From positions 1-56,571 of IMG/VR virus record IMGVR_UViG_3300020352_000005: DNA of 56,571 bases; one strand, 5' to 3'. Position 1 is the first letter of the stretch; each line of letters starts with the position of its first letter. The position numbers and the translations under genes are program-made. The notes beneath the pieces were generated by a model. It did not search any database. It worked only from the letters and a program-made list of their open reading frames with translations, and was not told the origin of the DNA. This DNA comes from a virus (taxonomy: Duplodnaviria > Caudoviricetes). Positions 55,804 to 56,571 of the stretch are shown in pieces.

Positions 55804-55993
55804 ATGTCGAATGTCGATTTCTTGTTTCTCTATATATATATATACTTTTATAGTACTATACTTTTTTATTTCCCTATATAATTAGAATAAAAACTAACAT
55901 AATCGACATAAAATATAGATTTAAACTGAAAATCAGTAAGTTATACAAAAATAAACCGACACCAACTCGACATAGCTCGACATATTGCGACAT
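55804..55993. repeat. iteron-like TCGACAT array with AT-rich core and IHF-like site (origin-like element B)
   Basis: ATGTCGA at 55804 and 55811; TCGACAT-like copies at 55894, 55903, 55956, 55967, 55977 and 55987; AATCAGTAAGTTA at 55931. Confidence 0.7.
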
Positions 55994-56028
55994 AAAAAAA
56001 GGGGCTGATGTATATCAAACCCCCTTTT
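55994..56028 (-). terminator. intrinsic terminator (possibly bidirectional)
   Basis: AAAAAAAGGGG..TGAT-loop-ATCA..CCCCTTTT. Confidence 0.7.
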
Positions 56029-56061
56029 CTGAGAAACACAATCTAATTGTTGGGAAGAAAG

Positions 56062-56268
56062 TTACTTATAAATACTGAAGAAATCTTTTTTAGCTTCTGC
56101 TAATTCTATTCCTTCTGCAACCATGCTAATTTTTTTAGCACGATCCTTAGCTTTTTTAAAGCTAGCTAATTTTTTAATGCCCATTTCATAATACTGACCA
56201 TGACCGTCTAGCTCATGTTTGTTTCTTGAGGACATATACTCTTTCATTATTGGTTTTTTACTAATCAT
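56062..56268 (-). CDS. small basic hypothetical protein
   Basis: 68-aa ORF followed by a terminator. Confidence 0.6.
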   Translation of the reverse strand: MISKKPIMKEYMSSRNKHELDGHGQYYEMGIKKLASFKKAKDRAKKISMVAEGIELAEAKKDFFSIYK

Positions 56269-56269
56269 A

Positions 56270-56416
56270 TTATTGCCATTTAAAATTTAAACTAATTAAG
56301 CCTAAATAAATTTTTAATTCACCATGATCGTATTCATCATCTATACCAAAGTAACTCCAGCCAAATGCAATACCAACAGGTATCCTGTTTTCTACTTCTA
56401 ATTCCCATGCTTCCAT
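56270..56416 (-). CDS. 48-aa hypothetical protein
   Basis: MEAWELEVENRIPVGIAFGWSYFGIDDEYDHGELKIYLGLISLNFKWQ read by hand; TATATTTG element at 56421-56428 just upstream. Confidence 0.55.
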   Translation of the reverse strand: MEAWELEVENRIPVGIAFGWSYFGIDDEYDHGELKIYLGLISLNFKWQ

Positions 56417-56571
56417 TTACCAAATATACAAAATATTTATTAGATATACATAGGCTCTGGGTAATAATATAATATACACTGATCACCGCTCGTGGGAAGT
56501 CGATCATTTTTTTATAGGGGGGGTACTTTAAAATCTCGTTTTTTTTCTTTGATTTTTTTAGCTTTTTGCTA

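Noticed and set aside
55956-55993. Short repeats as a mini-CRISPR array
   Set aside because: The repeats are 7 bp with 3-4 bp gaps, with no spacers or cas genes.
1-56571. Stop-codon reassignment, introns/inteins, tRNAs or integrase
   Set aside because: Core genes are intact in the standard code and end in TAA, TAG and TGA; terminase, helicases and GroEL have no obvious insertions; no cloverleaf or recombinase motif was recognised.

Overview
This window is most of the genome of an AT-rich, tailed dsDNA bacteriophage. It is probably a short-tailed (podovirus-type) phage of a Bacteroidota/Flavobacteriia host: late genes are preceded by TAnnTTTG promoter elements, translation starts are A-rich and lack Shine-Dalgarno sites, and the primase has a BT4734/VirE-N-like domain. 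The + strand (1-13.3 kb) carries early and replication genes: C5 DNA methyltransferase, GP88-like protein, Sak3-like annealase, RecE-like exonuclease, SSB, primase-helicase, SF2 helicase, VRR-NUC nuclease, metallophosphoesterase, dNTP diphosphohydrolase and two DnaA domain IV-like proteins. The - strand (13.3-56.4 kb) carries GroEL/GroES, a cluster of tiny basic proteins, amidase and holins, several tail fibres, terminase, portal, scaffold, major capsid protein, tail proteins and three probable ejection proteins (the largest 2398 aa). I saw no DNA polymerase, RNA polymerase, integrase, tRNA or CRISPR array. The most notable unexplained signals are: (i) same-strand +1-frame ORFs in locally GC-rich patches, namely a ~190-200 aa ORF with a lipoprotein-like signal inside the terminase ATPase domain and a 68-aa MPFKS... 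basic protein inside the giant ejection gene; (ii) a 14-mer, TGTTCACACTCATC, present four times, twice in intergenic leaders and twice as the complement inside mRNAs; (iii) a pseudoknot-capable ~160-nt structured intergenic RNA candidate; (iv) two matching ~97-bp TCGACAT-bounded, origin-like elements about 50 kb apart; (v) a perfectly palindromic double promoter; and (vi) strong GGWCC avoidance. All family assignments come from motif recognition by eye, not from database searches.
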